Source: Pedosphaera sp.
Lineage (GTDB): Bacteria; Verrucomicrobiota; Verrucomicrobiia; Limisphaerales; SIBH01
Length of the DNA: 64,000 bases
Direction of reading: 5' to 3'
Assembly: GCA_031414955.1 (NCBI GenBank)
Contig: JANOQV010000184.1
Span: 64,001-128,000, forward strand
A model generated the notes under the pieces. The model was not told the origin of the DNA, did no database searches, and saw only the letters and a program-made list of their open reading frames with translations. Both the position numbers and the translations under genes were made by a program. Below are positions 55,153 to 64,000 of this stretch, piece after piece (within the stretch, counting starts at the first letter, position 1; each line of letters opens with the position of its first letter).

Positions 55153-55242
55153 GCGCGGAGCGCGGAATGCGGAGTGCGGAACACTTAATCCGATGCGCGG
55201 CAGCTTGTGCTGTTCCGCGTTTCGAGTTCCGCGTTCCGCGTT
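55153..55242. repeat. Heptamer-unit (GCGGAAY/GCGGAGY) palindrome
   Basis: GCGCGGAGCGCGGAATGCGGAGTGCGGAAC ... GTTCCGCGTTTCGAGTTCCGCGTTCCGCGTT spanning the BMC-H/ackA gap. Confidence 0.8.
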
Positions 55243-55520
55243 CATTGCAGCCACTTGCCGAGAACTGCCAGTCCGTCGTGCGGGCGCGGAATCACCTGCA
55301 CGCTGACGATGGAGCCGACTTGCGAAGCCGCAGCCGCGCCGGCGTCCACAGCCGCCTTCACGCTGGCGACGTCGCCACGGAAAAACGCCGTGACATAGCC
55401 GGAGCCAATTTTTTCCCAGCCGGTGAAGGTGACGTTCGCGGATTTGAGCGCGGCGTCCACGGCCTCGAAGAGGGCGCAGAGGCCTTTGCACTCGATCATG
55501 CCAATTGCTTGTTGAGCCAT
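55242..55520 (-). CDS. BMC-H hexamer shell protein
   Basis: [38 protein letters not shown]. Confidence 0.96.
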   Translation of the reverse strand: MAQQAIGMIECKGLCALFEAVDAALKSANVTFTGWEKIGSGYVTAFFRGDVASVKAAVDAGAAAASQVGSIVSVQVIPRPHDGLAVLGKWLQ

Positions 55521-55556
55521 AATGTTTCTTAAAAGTTGATGGTTGAGTGTTGAGAG

Positions 55557-55847
55557 CTATTTCTTCACCGCAGCGACGTCGCCGAAGAAAATCTTGCCAA
55601 GATCCTCGTGCGGACGGGCAATGACGTGGCTGGCCACGAGTTCGCCAACCTTGCCGGCGGCCTTGCTGCCCGCGTCCACGGCGGCTTTCACGCTCGCGAC
55701 ATCGCCCCGGCAGATGACGGTGATGAGACCGCCCCCGATGGAGATGGTCTTGGTGATGGTGATGTTTGCAGCCTTGGCCATGGCATCAGTAGCTTCGATG
55801 CTTCCGGTGTAGCCCTTCGTTTCGATCATGCCGATTGCTTCGCTCAT
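55557..55847 (-). CDS. BMC-H hexamer shell protein
   Basis: [39 protein letters not shown]. Confidence 0.96.
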   Translation of the reverse strand: MSEAIGMIETKGYTGSIEATDAMAKAANITITKTISIGGGLITVICRGDVASVKAAVDAGSKAAGKVGELVASHVIARPHEDLGKIFFGDVAAVKK

Positions 55848-55887
55848 AGTTTGTTATTTGTTGGGTTGATAAAATGGTTGGGAAAAA

Positions 55888-55967
55888 GTGAAGAGTTGAA
55901 GGGTTGAAGAGGCAAAACAGCGGCGGCGGGTTGAACTCTTCAACCCTTCACCTTTCAACTCTTCAAC
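55888..55967. repeat. Octamer-unit (GTTGAAGR) palindrome
   Basis: GTGAAGAGTTGAAGGGTTGAAGAG ... CTCTTCAACCCTTCACCTTTCAACTCTTCAAC. Confidence 0.8.
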
Positions 55968-55975
55968 TCGGGATT

Positions 55976-56656
55976 TCATTTAATCAGTTCGCACGACGTG
56001 TCCGGCTGCAAGTTGCAGGCATTGCCCTCGTCGGTGTCGATGTGAACTTCCAGCTTGAAACTCTTGTCCACGCGGCAGAGCATCCGGTCGAGCGTGATGC
56101 CGCAGTCGCCGCCAATTTTCAGTTTCATCCAGTCGCCCTGCTTCACGCCGTAGTAATCCGCATCCGTCGGTCCCAAATGGGCATGGCGCAGGGCGCGAAT
56201 AATGCCGGACTCCATCTCGAAGAAACCCGCCGGCCCCATCAACATGCCGCCGAGCGTGCCTTTAATGTCGCCGGAACTGCGGAGCGGCAAGTCAAAGCCC
56301 AGCGCGATGCCGTCCGTGTAAGCCAGTTCGACCTGGTTCAACGTCCGGCACGGGCCGAGGATGCGGAGATTGGAAATGACGCGGCTGCGCGGCCCCACGA
56401 GCGTCACTGCCTCCTTCGCCGCGAACTGCCCATCCTGGTAAAGCCACTTGTGAACCTGAAGCTGATGCCCCTTGCCGAAGAGCGCCTCGACGGCTTCTTG
56501 AGTGAGATGGCAATGGCGGGCGCTGATGTTCACCACCAAGGGATTCGGTGAGGAAGCCGCGCTGGGCAATGATTTGCCGAGCCGGGCGTAAACCGATTGC
56601 CGAACCAAGTGCTCGACGACGGCACGGTGCGGAGGCGATTGGATTGCCTGTGACAT
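55976..56656 (-). CDS. pduL: Phosphate propanoyltransferase PduL (PvmB-like)
   Basis: SARHCHLT, GQFAAKE.VTLVGP, ILGPCR, RHAH, HIDTDEGNA; N-terminal AVVEHLVRQSVYARL encapsulation-like helix. Confidence 0.95.
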   Translation of the reverse strand: MSQAIQSPPHRAVVEHLVRQSVYARLGKSLPSAASSPNPLVVNISARHCHLTQEAVEALFGKGHQLQVHKWLYQDGQFAAKEAVTLVGPRSRVISNLRILGPCRTLNQVELAYTDGIALGFDLPLRSSGDIKGTLGGMLMGPAGFFEMESGIIRALRHAHLGPTDADYYGVKQGDWMKLKIGGDCGITLDRMLCRVDKSFKLEVHIDTDEGNACNLQPDTSCELIK

Positions 56657-56740
56657 TGGGGTTGTTATCGGAATGTTTTGAAACTTAGTCAAATGAATTA
56701 TTGCAATATCTATCACAATCTTCCACGGTTCTGATAGATA
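56657..56740. promoter_or_regulatory. Divergent promoter region with candidate DeoR operator
   Basis: AT-rich gap; TATCTATCA (56707-56715) / TGATAGATA (56732-56740) inverted repeat and TATTGCAATA palindrome (56699-56708). Confidence 0.55.
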
Positions 56741-57619
56741 ATGCAATCCGAAGAGCGCCAGAAGCGGTTTGAAGAGCACCTTTCCAAGGTGGAATTCTCC
56801 TCATTGGATGAGCTTTCTGAGCTTGTAGACGCTTCGATTTCGACGGTCCGGCGCGATTTGGATCTTTTGGAAAGCAAAGGTATCCTTCGCCGAACTCACG
56901 GTGGGGCCATGCTGGTCAACTCCAAATCGGACGAATTCACCTTTTCTGCCCGGGATACCCATCAGTTGGATGAGAAGGAAGCCATCGGGAAGGCTTGCGC
57001 GGAGTTTATTGCCCCCAATCAGACGGTAATTGTGGATGCGGGGACGACCTGTTTCCATGTCGCGAAGTATCTGGAGCCCAAGACCCCGCATATCATTACC
57101 AACTCCCTGCCGGTCGCGAACCTGTTCTCTTCGGTGGGCAAGATGGAGGTCGTGGTCAGCGGTGGTGTGATTTATCCGAAGCTGGGTGTGCTGGTCGGGC
57201 CGCTGGCAGTAGCGTCGTTCGGGCAGGTTCATGCGGACGCGGCCATCATGAGTTGCGGCGGCCTGACGCCGGAGGGCGTGACCAATTCCCATGGACTGCT
57301 CATCGAGATACAGCGCGCCATGATGCAGGCGGCGGCACGGGTCATTCTGTGCGTGGACCATACCAAGTTTGGCCGGCAATCCATCAGCCGGCTCTGCGGG
57401 TTGGATGCCGTCGACACAATCATCACGAATGTTCTGCCGCCGGCGGAAATGCAGGCCGCACTGGAGAAGGCCGGCGTGGAACTCATCGTCGCCGCGCCGG
57501 ATGGCCCGAAGGTCATTTTGCGCAACCAGCCCAAGACTCCGCGCCCGGCCTTGCGCAAGCTCTCCCCTGCTCCAGCCCCGATGGGCATCTCAACCGAGCA
57601 CGACGGCTTCATCGACTAG
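56741..57619 (+). CDS. DeoR/GlpR family transcriptional regulator (PvmA-like)
   Basis: STVRRDL..LE..G.L.RTHGGA, EKEAIG, DAGTT, ITNSL, DHTKFG. Confidence 0.95.
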   Translation: MQSEERQKRFEEHLSKVEFSSLDELSELVDASISTVRRDLDLLESKGILRRTHGGAMLVNSKSDEFTFSARDTHQLDEKEAIGKACAEFIAPNQTVIVDAGTTCFHVAKYLEPKTPHIITNSLPVANLFSSVGKMEVVVSGGVIYPKLGVLVGPLAVASFGQVHADAAIMSCGGLTPEGVTNSHGLLIEIQRAMMQAAARVILCVDHTKFGRQSISRLCGLDAVDTIITNVLPPAEMQAALEKAGVELIVAAPDGPKVILRNQPKTPRPALRKLSPAPAPMGISTEHDGFID

Positions 57620-57628
57620 CCGCTACTT

Positions 57629-58483
57629 GTGGACAGCAACGACTACGCACTCGTCCCGCTGGCCAACGGCACGTTCAGCATCCGCCTGATCGCGAACGGG
57701 GAGACGTTTCATCCGGTCATCGGGCCGATGGCGGAGGCAGAGGCGCTCTACATCCGGCAACTGAAACTGCGCGAACGCGCTCCGGTGGAAGACAAGTTCG
57801 TCATCTGGGACATCGGACTCGGCGCGGGCGGCAATGTGCTGACCACGCTGCACCAACTGAAGGACGTGCCGGCTCATCACCATGTCGTGAGCTTCGACCA
57901 CACGCTCGGCGCATTGTCCTTCGCGCTTGAACACGCCGTAGCCCTCCAGTTTCCCGTCGGACTGGAAAGCGTGCTGGAGGAATTGCTCCGGACGCATCGG
58001 GTGGAGTTTCGCCACGGCGCGCTGCAAGTGACTTGGGAAGTTCATGTCGACGATTTTCCGGCCGCAGTGACCGGCGCGACCTTGGCCTGGCCCGCGCCGC
58101 ACGCCATTTTCTTCGACGCCTTTTCGCCCGCGCGAAATCCGGCCATGTGGACTCTGTCGCTGTTTGAAAACCTGTTCCGCCGTCTCGACCCGCAGCGTCC
58201 CTGCTCACTCGCCACGTATTCCCGGAGCACCATCCCGCGTGTCACGCTCTTGCTGGCGGGATTTTTTGTAGGCGCGGGCGATCCCGTGGCGGCGAAGAAT
58301 GAGACCACGATCGCGTCGAACAGTCTGGGACTCATCGAACGCCCGTTGGGCGCGCGCTGGCTGGAACGGGCCCGCACTTCGCACAGCGCCGAGCCGCTCT
58401 ACGCCGCCGAATACCGGATCGCGCCGCTGGCCCCGGAGACGTGGACGCGGCTCTTTGCGCATCCGCAGTTTGCCCCGTCTTAG
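57629..58483 (+). CDS. MnmC/MnmD-like SAM-dependent methyltransferase
   Basis: GETFHP..G...EA, DIGLGAGGN, FFDAFSPARNPAMW, LATYS; GTG start. Confidence 0.8.
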   Translation: MDSNDYALVPLANGTFSIRLIANGETFHPVIGPMAEAEALYIRQLKLRERAPVEDKFVIWDIGLGAGGNVLTTLHQLKDVPAHHHVVSFDHTLGALSFALEHAVALQFPVGLESVLEELLRTHRVEFRHGALQVTWEVHVDDFPAAVTGATLAWPAPHAIFFDAFSPARNPAMWTLSLFENLFRRLDPQRPCSLATYSRSTIPRVTLLLAGFFVGAGDPVAAKNETTIASNSLGLIERPLGARWLERARTSHSAEPLYAAEYRIAPLAPETWTRLFAHPQFAPS

Positions 58484-58800
58484 CTGGAGCGATGCTGTTC
58501 AACCACGAATGGACTCGAATCCACGCGAATAAGAACCGGCCTAGAGCCAGTCATGCACTTTGATTTGCCACCAGGCACTGTCAGCATTTTCTCAGACATG
58601 GGATGGATGGGCGCGACACGGTGGAAAAGCGGGAGCAGCGTCAAGGCAAGCCCTGAAGGGGATCGGGAGATTGACCGCCGTGGCCGAGTCGCCGCCGGTT
58701 CAAGCTGGGGATTATCATCAACAACAGAATCTCTCGGGCGATGGCCGGGTAGATTTCACGCCCGGCGAAGCTGGAAGGGTGGCCTCATTCCTGGTCGAGA

Positions 58801-59019
58801 ATGAGTGCGGAACAACCCGTCGAGTTGGAAGGAACCATCGCCACGGTGCCGCCGGGGACGATGTTTCGCGTGGTGCTGGACAACAAACACGAGGCGCTCG
58901 CGCACATCTCAGGCAAGCTGTGCAAACATTTCGTGCGCCCGACCGTCGGCGACCGGGTGCCCATCGAGATATCGCCCTACGATCTGAGCGAGGCCCGAAT
59001 CACCCACCGGCTGCGTTGA
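58801..59019 (+). CDS. infA: Translation initiation factor IF-1 (divergent copy)
   Basis: 72 aa; ELEG, TMFRV.LDN.H, AHISGK, GDRV, SPYDL..ARI. Confidence 0.85.
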   Translation: MSAEQPVELEGTIATVPPGTMFRVVLDNKHEALAHISGKLCKHFVRPTVGDRVPIEISPYDLSEARITHRLR

Positions 59020-59031
59020 ACGGCTTGCTCC

Positions 59032-59646
59032 CTATCTTGCTTCTGGCGGGTTGAGGTGGAGTCCCTGCAATTCCCGCGCGTATTGGGCCAGCGTCGGCAG
59101 GCCGATTTTACGCCGTCGTGCTTCGACCTTCTTCAGATCGTCCATGGGCTGCGGGGCAAATCGCCCGCCCGCCTGCACGAACTGCGTTCCGTACTTCTGC
59201 TTCTTGCCGGATGCGAGCAGCACTCGATCGGTGAGGAAGGCCAGGTCGTGTCGCGACACCTCGCCAGCGCGCGCCGACTCCATGAGATCGAGGCACTGCT
59301 TCTGGAACGCCGGATCCTCATCGGCGTGCTGGGCCACCAGCCAGGCCGCGTGCGCGGCCAGTTCGCCCACCAGACTGCGACCGGGCCAGCCGAATTGCCG
59401 GATCATGGCCCGTAATTCCTCCCGGTTTTCCCGGTCGATGCGCTGGATCGTGCCCCGCAGGTTGGTGTTCATCGGTTGCGCGGAGGCGGCCTGCCTGGCT
59501 TCCTCATCCCGTTCCGCCAGGCGCAGCAGCACGCTGCCGAGTTGCGTGTTGATTTGCGGCGGCATGGAGGTAGCGCAGCCGAGAACCAGCAACCAACCCA
59601 GCAAACACCAGCCTTGCATCCAATTTCCGCCGCGAGATTTTCCCAT
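59032..59646 (-). CDS. DUF6624-like lipoprotein
   Basis: LVLGC lipobox, GWPGRSLVG, AWLVAQHAD, AFLTDR, QKYGTQ, RR.IGL; start uncertain. Confidence 0.78.
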   Translation of the reverse strand: MGKSRGGNWMQGWCLLGWLLVLGCATSMPPQINTQLGSVLLRLAERDEEARQAASAQPMNTNLRGTIQRIDRENREELRAMIRQFGWPGRSLVGELAAHAAWLVAQHADEDPAFQKQCLDLMESARAGEVSRHDLAFLTDRVLLASGKKQKYGTQFVQAGGRFAPQPMDDLKKVEARRRKIGLPTLAQYARELQGLHLNPPEAR

Positions 59647-59875
59647 GCACCCAGCTTGACTGAAGTCCGGCAGCGCACGAAAGCGATTCTTTGGCCCGGG
59701 CATTTCGGGGTCCGCGGCTGGGAGGGGCGGCTCCACCCGGCGGGGGGGCTGGATCTTGTGCTTGATGCTCTCCGGCCTCTCGCCCCGCGGGCGGAGTCAG
59801 AACAAGGCTTTTGGCTAACAGCCCCAACTGCGCCCCGCGCCGGGCCATCTCTGGCTCCAACTGTTCTTTGCCGGA

Positions 59876-60658
59876 TTACTTCCGGGCCGCTTCGTAGCCT
59901 GGCTTCGGCTTACCTTCGTCGTCCAGCTTGTCGCAGGCCCAGAGCAACCCGCGCGTCACGAGTCCGAGATACACCTCGTGCTTCATTGTGTCGTTGCTGT
60001 GCCCGAGGGTCGTGGCGAAGATGCGGGTCTGGCCGTAGCTGTTTACCCATACGACGACGTGGTCCTTCTGCGACTCCTCGCTGTAGGCCGTGGCCAGGGG
60101 CGTGAGCGTGGGCCAGATTTTTTCGTTGCGGTAGAGTTCGTCCTTGGGGTCGAGCCACTCGGCGGGAAAAGCTTTCATGATCGGATGCACTGGCTTCGCG
60201 TTCTTCACCTTGAGGTCGCGGCTTTTGTCATGGCTCATGGAGCGAAGGCCGAGCGTTTCCCGCCACGCATCCGTCTTGCCCATGCGGTAGCTGTGCGTCG
60301 AGCAATGCAGCATCACTCCCGGCACGCCCGAGGCGTGCGCAGCGGCGATGTTCTCGATCAGTTTGTCGTCGTCCATATAGCCGAAGCATTCGTTGTGCAG
60401 CACCACGTCATAACCTTTCCACCAGTCCCGCTTCTCGTAGATGGAGACGCGGTTGGTCCGGTCGCTGCCCTCGTGAACGAGGGTGAATTCGACGTTGGCG
60501 CGGGCGGCGATGCCTTCGGAAAGGATGCCCTTCTGGTTCTTGAAATCGTGGCAACATCCTCCGCAGACCATGAGGGCGCGCAGCGGCCGCGTTTCGGCAG
60601 CGTAAGTGGCGAGGGGTAAGAGCAGCGCAATGACCAGGGCGGCGATTGATTTGTTCAT
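59876..60658 (-). CDS. ThuA-like domain protein (secreted)
   Basis: Signal peptide, GGCCHDF, YDVVLHN, HPIM, DELY, RIFATTLGH, RGLLWA. Confidence 0.85.
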   Translation of the reverse strand: MNKSIAALVIALLLPLATYAAETRPLRALMVCGGCCHDFKNQKGILSEGIAARANVEFTLVHEGSDRTNRVSIYEKRDWWKGYDVVLHNECFGYMDDDKLIENIAAAHASGVPGVMLHCSTHSYRMGKTDAWRETLGLRSMSHDKSRDLKVKNAKPVHPIMKAFPAEWLDPKDELYRNEKIWPTLTPLATAYSEESQKDHVVVWVNSYGQTRIFATTLGHSNDTMKHEVYLGLVTRGLLWACDKLDDEGKPKPGYEAARK

Positions 60659-60887
60659 GGCGAGCAGTGTGCAAAAAGCTTCCGGCATCGGGAAGTGGAA
60701 TTGTGACGTGCCCGGCACCTTGGGCGTGTCTGGCTCATGACATCCTCGCGCGACGGAAAACATCTCGCGACCGGCCGGGTGGAAAGTCGACACCCGGGGC
60801 GGGGCAGTCCTCACCCTCACGCCCGCACCGACTTTTCCGGATGCAAGACGGCGTTCCGGTCAGACCCTTGAACTCAGCAAAGATGTC

Positions 60888-61361
60888 TTGTGGATGGATA
60901 AAAATCTTCTCGCTGCGCCTGAACCTGCTCCCTCGGTTGGTGGCACCGCGCTTCTGGAGCAGTTGCGGGCCGGAGCCACTCAGTCCCCGACCTCCACGAA
61001 AAAATTGTCGCGCTTAAAGTTAAACTCAGCAGAGCCATCGACTGCCCGTGTGGTGAGCAGCCGGCTCGGCTCGCGGGTGCGGGTGGCATCCAGCCTGCGC
61101 GCGACCCGCGATGCGCGGTTGGAAAAGGCGGGCCAGCGGACAGGAATGATCGGTCGTTCTGTTGCCGATTCGCGGGTGCTGCAACTTCGGATCGATCCGC
61201 TGCGGGCCGCGCAAATCGTCTCACTGGCTGCGGTCCTGAACGAATCGTGCGCGACGGCGGGGGACGGAAAGCGGCGAGTGCGGCTGTTGGGCGGCGAGTC
61301 GCAACTGAATGAGGAGGAGCCGTCCGTCCGGATCAGGCTGCCGCGGCCAGAGCTGAGATAA
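60888..61361 (+). CDS. Possible hypothetical protein
   Basis: 157-aa GTG-started ORF filling the gap; no family recognised, may be spurious. Confidence 0.3.
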   Translation: MWMDKNLLAAPEPAPSVGGTALLEQLRAGATQSPTSTKKLSRLKLNSAEPSTARVVSSRLGSRVRVASSLRATRDARLEKAGQRTGMIGRSVADSRVLQLRIDPLRAAQIVSLAAVLNESCATAGDGKRRVRLLGGESQLNEEEPSVRIRLPRPELR

Positions 61362-61376
61362 TCGCGCTCCGCCGCC

Positions 61377-62069
61377 TCACCAGAACTGCCAGGCTCCCTT
61401 CCACACGACCCACAGGCCGAGCAGGAAGTTTGTGATGCTGTGCGCCGTCACCGCGTCGCCCAGCCGGCCTTTCCAAATGACGAGCCCCTGATAGATGAAG
61501 CCGCAGAGAATACCCGCCAGCCATTGCTGATGCTCGAAGCCAAACAAGAGCGCTGTGACGAGGAAGGGCACGGGCAGAAACTTCCCCAGCGGCACGGCCA
61601 GGAACTCCTTGCCCGCAACATAGCGATAAACGAACGAGCGGAAGAAAACTTCCTCCAGGAACGGCACCACCAGCGAGGAGCCGAGGATGCGCACGACAAT
61701 GAAGAAAATCGCCAGCGTCGAGCCGGGACCGAACTCCGCCTGCGGATTCCAAGCCGGCGGGCTGGCCGGTTTCGCGAGGTGCAGTTTTTCCATGAGCGCC
61801 TGGGTCGTCGGATAATGCCCATCCAGCCCCACCCACAAGACGAACACGGCCACGCCCGCGCCGAGAGCCTCCCAGCTCAGATGCCATTCCAGTTCCGCGA
61901 TATGCCGCCAGACCACGGCGAGCATTCCGGCCCCGGCCAGCGTTTTGCCGAGATAGAACCAATAGCGAGCCGGTTCGCCGAATCGATCCTGGAGGGCGGT
62001 GAGAATGATGAAAACGGCAAAAGGCGCAATGCGCGCCAGCGCGGGCGACTGGGTGAGTTTGGAAAACAT
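61377..62069 (-). CDS. CAAX prenyl protease-related (CPBP/Abi) membrane protein
   Basis: VVPFLEEVFFRSF, LFGFEH, AHSITNFLLG. Confidence 0.88.
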   Translation of the reverse strand: MFSKLTQSPALARIAPFAVFIILTALQDRFGEPARYWFYLGKTLAGAGMLAVVWRHIAELEWHLSWEALGAGVAVFVLWVGLDGHYPTTQALMEKLHLAKPASPPAWNPQAEFGPGSTLAIFFIVVRILGSSLVVPFLEEVFFRSFVYRYVAGKEFLAVPLGKFLPVPFLVTALLFGFEHQQWLAGILCGFIYQGLVIWKGRLGDAVTAHSITNFLLGLWVVWKGAWQFW

Positions 62070-62077
62070 GCTGCGTT

Positions 62078-62719
62078 TCAGCGCAGCGTAAGGACGTTCG
62101 TCTGCCCGCTCAACACCAGTGTTACACTCGAGGCTTGGATGTCCGCGACCAGTACGCCCTGGATTTGATCATCCACGTAGAGCGTCTTGTTGTTGATCAT
62201 CACACTGGGGCTGGAGGGGCGGAAGAATATGCTTTGCAATCGCAGGGGTGGAAACTTCACCGGCTCCACGGGACGAGTCGGTGGAGGCGGCACGGCCACC
62301 ACCACCGGGGCGGTGGCGGTCGGGATGGGGACGTTCGTCGGGGCCGGGCGAGATGCCTGGCGCTCAGCCAAAGATTTCTTCACCGCTTCCGTCGGTAAGG
62401 TTTTCTTCGCCCCTGAGGGCTCGGTGGGATCAAGGTTGGCGGCCAGACGATTGCGTTTTTCCAGGAAAGTGAAGACGGCTGCGATGCTCACACACAGCAC
62501 GAGCACGACGGCGAGAACAATCTGGACGCCCGAGGATTTGCGCGGCGCATCCTCGCCCGCCTCGGTGCCGGCAAAACCCAAGGGTGGGGGGGGAGGCAAA
62601 ATCGACGGCGGCAACGCAGGCGGCGGCGGTGGCGGTGGCGCGCTGACTGGCATGGGCGGAGGCAGTGAGCCCTTGCCCAGATGGCCCGCGCGGCGCAAGG
62701 CGTCATTGATCTGGCTCAT
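62078..62719 (-). CDS. GspB/ExeB-like bitopic membrane protein
   Basis: MSQINDALRRA start, Pro-rich linker, single TM, C-terminal LRLQSIFF....SVMINN; ATGA-coupled to the ExeA-like gene. Confidence 0.7.
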   Translation of the reverse strand: MSQINDALRRAGHLGKGSLPPPMPVSAPPPPPPPALPPSILPPPPPLGFAGTEAGEDAPRKSSGVQIVLAVVLVLCVSIAAVFTFLEKRNRLAANLDPTEPSGAKKTLPTEAVKKSLAERQASRPAPTNVPIPTATAPVVVAVPPPPTRPVEPVKFPPLRLQSIFFRPSSPSVMINNKTLYVDDQIQGVLVADIQASSVTLVLSGQTNVLTLR

Positions 62720-63540
62720 GTGGCGAAGTTCCCCTCCAGCTCGCGGATGGCCCGGTTGGCCAGCCCGAAATCAATGCCCATGCTCTGGTGGATAAAACCC
62801 GCGAGCAGGCACTTGTCGCACACCGCGTTGACCAGCCTTGGAATGCCCTTGGTGTAATTAAAAATCCGCCAGATGGCCGCCATGCTGAAGCTTGGCGTGC
62901 CGTTGGCCCCCGACACCTGGAGCCGGTGCCGGATGTAATCCTTCACCTCGCTCAATTGCAGAGGGCGCAGATGATAGCGAATGGTCACCCGCTGGCGCAG
63001 TTGCCGCAGCGAATGATCGTTCAGCCGGTCCCGCAGCTCGGGCTGCCCCATGAGCACGATCTGGATCAGCTTCCGGTCATCCGTCTCCAGGTTCGAGATC
63101 AGTCGGACCTGCTCCAGCAATTCATTCGTCAAGTTCTGGGCCTCGTCGATGATCAGCACCACTTCACGTTGCTTGGCCATTTCCTCCAGCAGGAAAAAAT
63201 TGAGGATTTGCAGCGTCTGAAACCGGTCTTTGTTCCGCACATCCAGACCAAACTCCGTGGCGATGGCCGACATGAGCTGGTCGGGATCCAGCAGCGGATT
63301 GAGGATGAGCGCGGTCGAATATTGCTCGGGCGGCAATTGTTCCAGCAGGGCGCGACACAGCGTCGTCTTGCCCGCGCCGACTTCGCCCGTCAACTGCACG
63401 AAGCCCTTGCGCTCGCGGATGCCGTAAACCAGATGGTTCAACGCCTCCCGGTGCTTCGGACTCAAATAGAGGAAGCGCGGATTGGGCGTGATCATGAAGG
63501 GTGCCTCCTTCAGACCGTAAAACTGCAAATAGCCGTTCAT
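62716..63540 (-). CDS. ExeA/GspA family AAA ATPase
   Basis: YGLKEAPF..TPNPRFLY, GEVGAGKT, IIDEAQNL, LMGQPEL, GIPRLVNAVCD. Confidence 0.92.
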   Translation of the reverse strand: MNGYLQFYGLKEAPFMITPNPRFLYLSPKHREALNHLVYGIRERKGFVQLTGEVGAGKTTLCRALLEQLPPEQYSTALILNPLLDPDQLMSAIATEFGLDVRNKDRFQTLQILNFFLLEEMAKQREVVLIIDEAQNLTNELLEQVRLISNLETDDRKLIQIVLMGQPELRDRLNDHSLRQLRQRVTIRYHLRPLQLSEVKDYIRHRLQVSGANGTPSFSMAAIWRIFNYTKGIPRLVNAVCDKCLLAGFIHQSMGIDFGLANRAIRELEGNFAT

Positions 63541-63728
63541 TGCTCAAAAGGTTCATCGGCTGTCTCTCACAAAAACTTCACTCGACTTCCTACAACCGCC
63601 CCTCATGCGTTCCGCGACGGTCGGAAAACTTGCTTGGGTCGCAGGCCGTTCCGTTCCGCAATGAGGCCGAGACGGGCCGGGGACACCGGCGAGTTTTCCG
63701 GCCGGCCCGCCGCCGTGATCGGCGGGAA

Positions 63729-64000
63729 GTGATTAGTGATTGGTGCCGTCCCGGCCTTTGGGCAAGCTGCGCCGCGTTGCAATTGGGCTGGAGCAAATCA
63801 CCGTGGTTTCGCCGGGGGCTGGCCGTCGTGGCTGGCGCGGCGCTGGCCCTGGCCTTTCCCAAAGCAGGCGTGGGCGGTTTGGCGTGGGTGGCACCGGCCC
63901 TCATGCTCGGGGCGGCCCGGGGTGGAAATGCTTTTCGCCTCGGCCTGCTCGCCGGGTTCACGCAGCACCTCATTTCGCTTTCCTGGCTGCTGCACATCCC
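63729..64000 (+). CDS. lnt: Apolipoprotein N-acyltransferase (3' truncated by window edge)
   Basis: Open frame reads LAVVAGAALALAFPKAGVGGLAWVAPALML...AFRLGLLAGFTQHLISLSWLLHI, typical Lnt N-terminus; absent from the ORF track because there is no stop; start uncertain. Confidence 0.75.
   Translation, partial: MISDWCRPGLWASCAALQLGWSKSPWFRRGLAVVAGAALALAFPKAGVGGLAWVAPALMLGAARGGNAFRLGLLAGFTQHLISLSWLLHI

Larger units (their letters stand above)
43528..57619. other. PVM-type bacterial microcompartment locus (L-fucose/L-rhamnose catabolism) with inserted passenger genes
   Basis: DeoR, PduL, 3 BMC-H, acetate kinase, 3 BMC-P, acylating aldehyde dehydrogenase, class II aldolase, LDH/MDH-family enzyme: the gene set of the Planctomycetes/Verrucomicrobia microcompartment. 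Confidence 0.92.

Noticed and set aside
58501..58530. AACCACGAATGGACTCGAATCCACGCGAAT 10-nt periodic motif (similar weak trace near 27825)
   Set aside because: Only a half element with no clear inverted partner; too weak to call

Overview
GC-rich bacterial DNA. The gene content (a PVM-type microcompartment, mcsA-mcsB-clpC in a diderm context, ECF sigma factors of the kinase-associated type, secreted proteins with Thr-Asn-rich linkers) points to Verrucomicrobiota, probably Pedosphaera/Limisphaera-like; this is inference. The window holds housekeeping genes (ridA, fcl, prmC, murA, clpC/mcsB/mcsA, an Hsp70 paralog, bioA, an infA-like gene, lnt, exeA/exeB-like) and several secreted hydrolases. Four things stand out. 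(1) A six-gene, fully translationally coupled biosynthetic operon without a ketosynthase (21463-27802): acyl-AMP ligase, ACP, stand-alone condensation-like acyltransferase, FAD oxidoreductase, PaaK-like ligase and GT2-DUF2062. (2) A complete Planctomycetes/Verrucomicrobia fucose/rhamnose microcompartment locus (43528-57619) whose gene junctions are invaded by passenger genes and by several families of palindromic repeats. (3) A GxxExxY nuclease-like gene bounded by near-perfect 29-bp terminal inverted repeats, with a related gene-less hairpin nearby, which looks like a non-canonical mobile element. (4) A MITE family (3 copies, one with a TTA target duplication) and other palindromic repeats that sit in frame inside, or supply the ends of, protein-coding genes (bioA, fcl, the S9 peptidase). 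No rRNA, tRNA or CRISPR array was recognised. All family calls come from motif recognition by eye; no database search was run.
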